Part shown: piece by piece, positions 28,638 through 28,771 of the stretch
Position numbering within the stretch: position 1 is the stretch's first letter
Layout of the letters: each line of letters begins with the position of its first letter
Made by a program: the position numbers and the translations under genes
The notes under the pieces: generated by a model
The model's database searches: none
What the model saw: the letters and a program-made list of their open reading frames with translations, nothing else
Told to the model about the DNA's origin: nothing
Assembly (NCBI GenBank): GCA_963822965.1
Contig: CAWGJT010000002.1
Span: forward strand, 1 to 28,771
Direction: 5' to 3'
Length of the DNA: 28,771 nt
Source of the DNA: an uncultured delta proteobacterium
GTDB taxonomy: Bacteria > Myxococcota_A > UBA9160 > UBA4427

Positions 28638-28771
28638 TCACAGCACCGGGCTCCCGACCTTGTCGAAGTACTTGTAGGGCTTGTCGACGAGCATGTTGCG
28701 CTTCATGTTGCGGACGTTCTTCTGGTAGATCCCGAAGGCGATGCCGTCGTAGCGGAGCAGGATGGGCACCT
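28638..28771 (-). CDS. 3' end of probable peptide ABC transporter substrate-binding protein (partial)
   Basis: Reads ...VPILLRYDGIAFGIYQKNVRNMKRNMLVDKPYKYFDKVGSPVL*; lies immediately upstream of the two permeases. Confidence 0.65.
   Translation of the reverse strand, partial: VPILLRYDGIAFGIYQKNVRNMKRNMLVDKPYKYFDKVGSPVL

Overview
GC-rich bacterial chromosomal DNA, probably Myxococcota or a related deltaproteobacterium (inferred from gene content and order, not searched). Many single-base frameshifts interrupt genes, including normally essential ones such as dxs, and are best read as uncorrected long-read errors. In order, the window holds: a partial propeller-like/TolC-half-like protein coupled to a lamin-tail-domain PEP-CTERM protein; a lower-GC secreted protein (minus strand); a conserved hypothetical gene followed by ftsE-ftsX-envC-ctpA; an accessory block (APH-like phosphotransferase, sulfatase-like lipoprotein, PEP-CTERM protein, cytochrome P450, GH2 beta-glucuronidase); xseA-xseB-ispA-dxs-tlyA; an A-type Fe-S carrier, IscS-type desulfurase and cysC; a TPR lipoprotein with a LolB-like lipoprotein; and a convergent peptide ABC transporter. 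The most notable non-gene feature is a ~197-bp CTAG-flanked hairpin element present twice in opposite orientation (7654-7849, 10560-10757). It has IS630-like ends, a 51/53-identical core and compensatory stem changes. The second copy supplies the upstream gene's stop codon and reads in frame into the sulfatase-like gene. No rRNA, tRNA or CRISPR array was seen.
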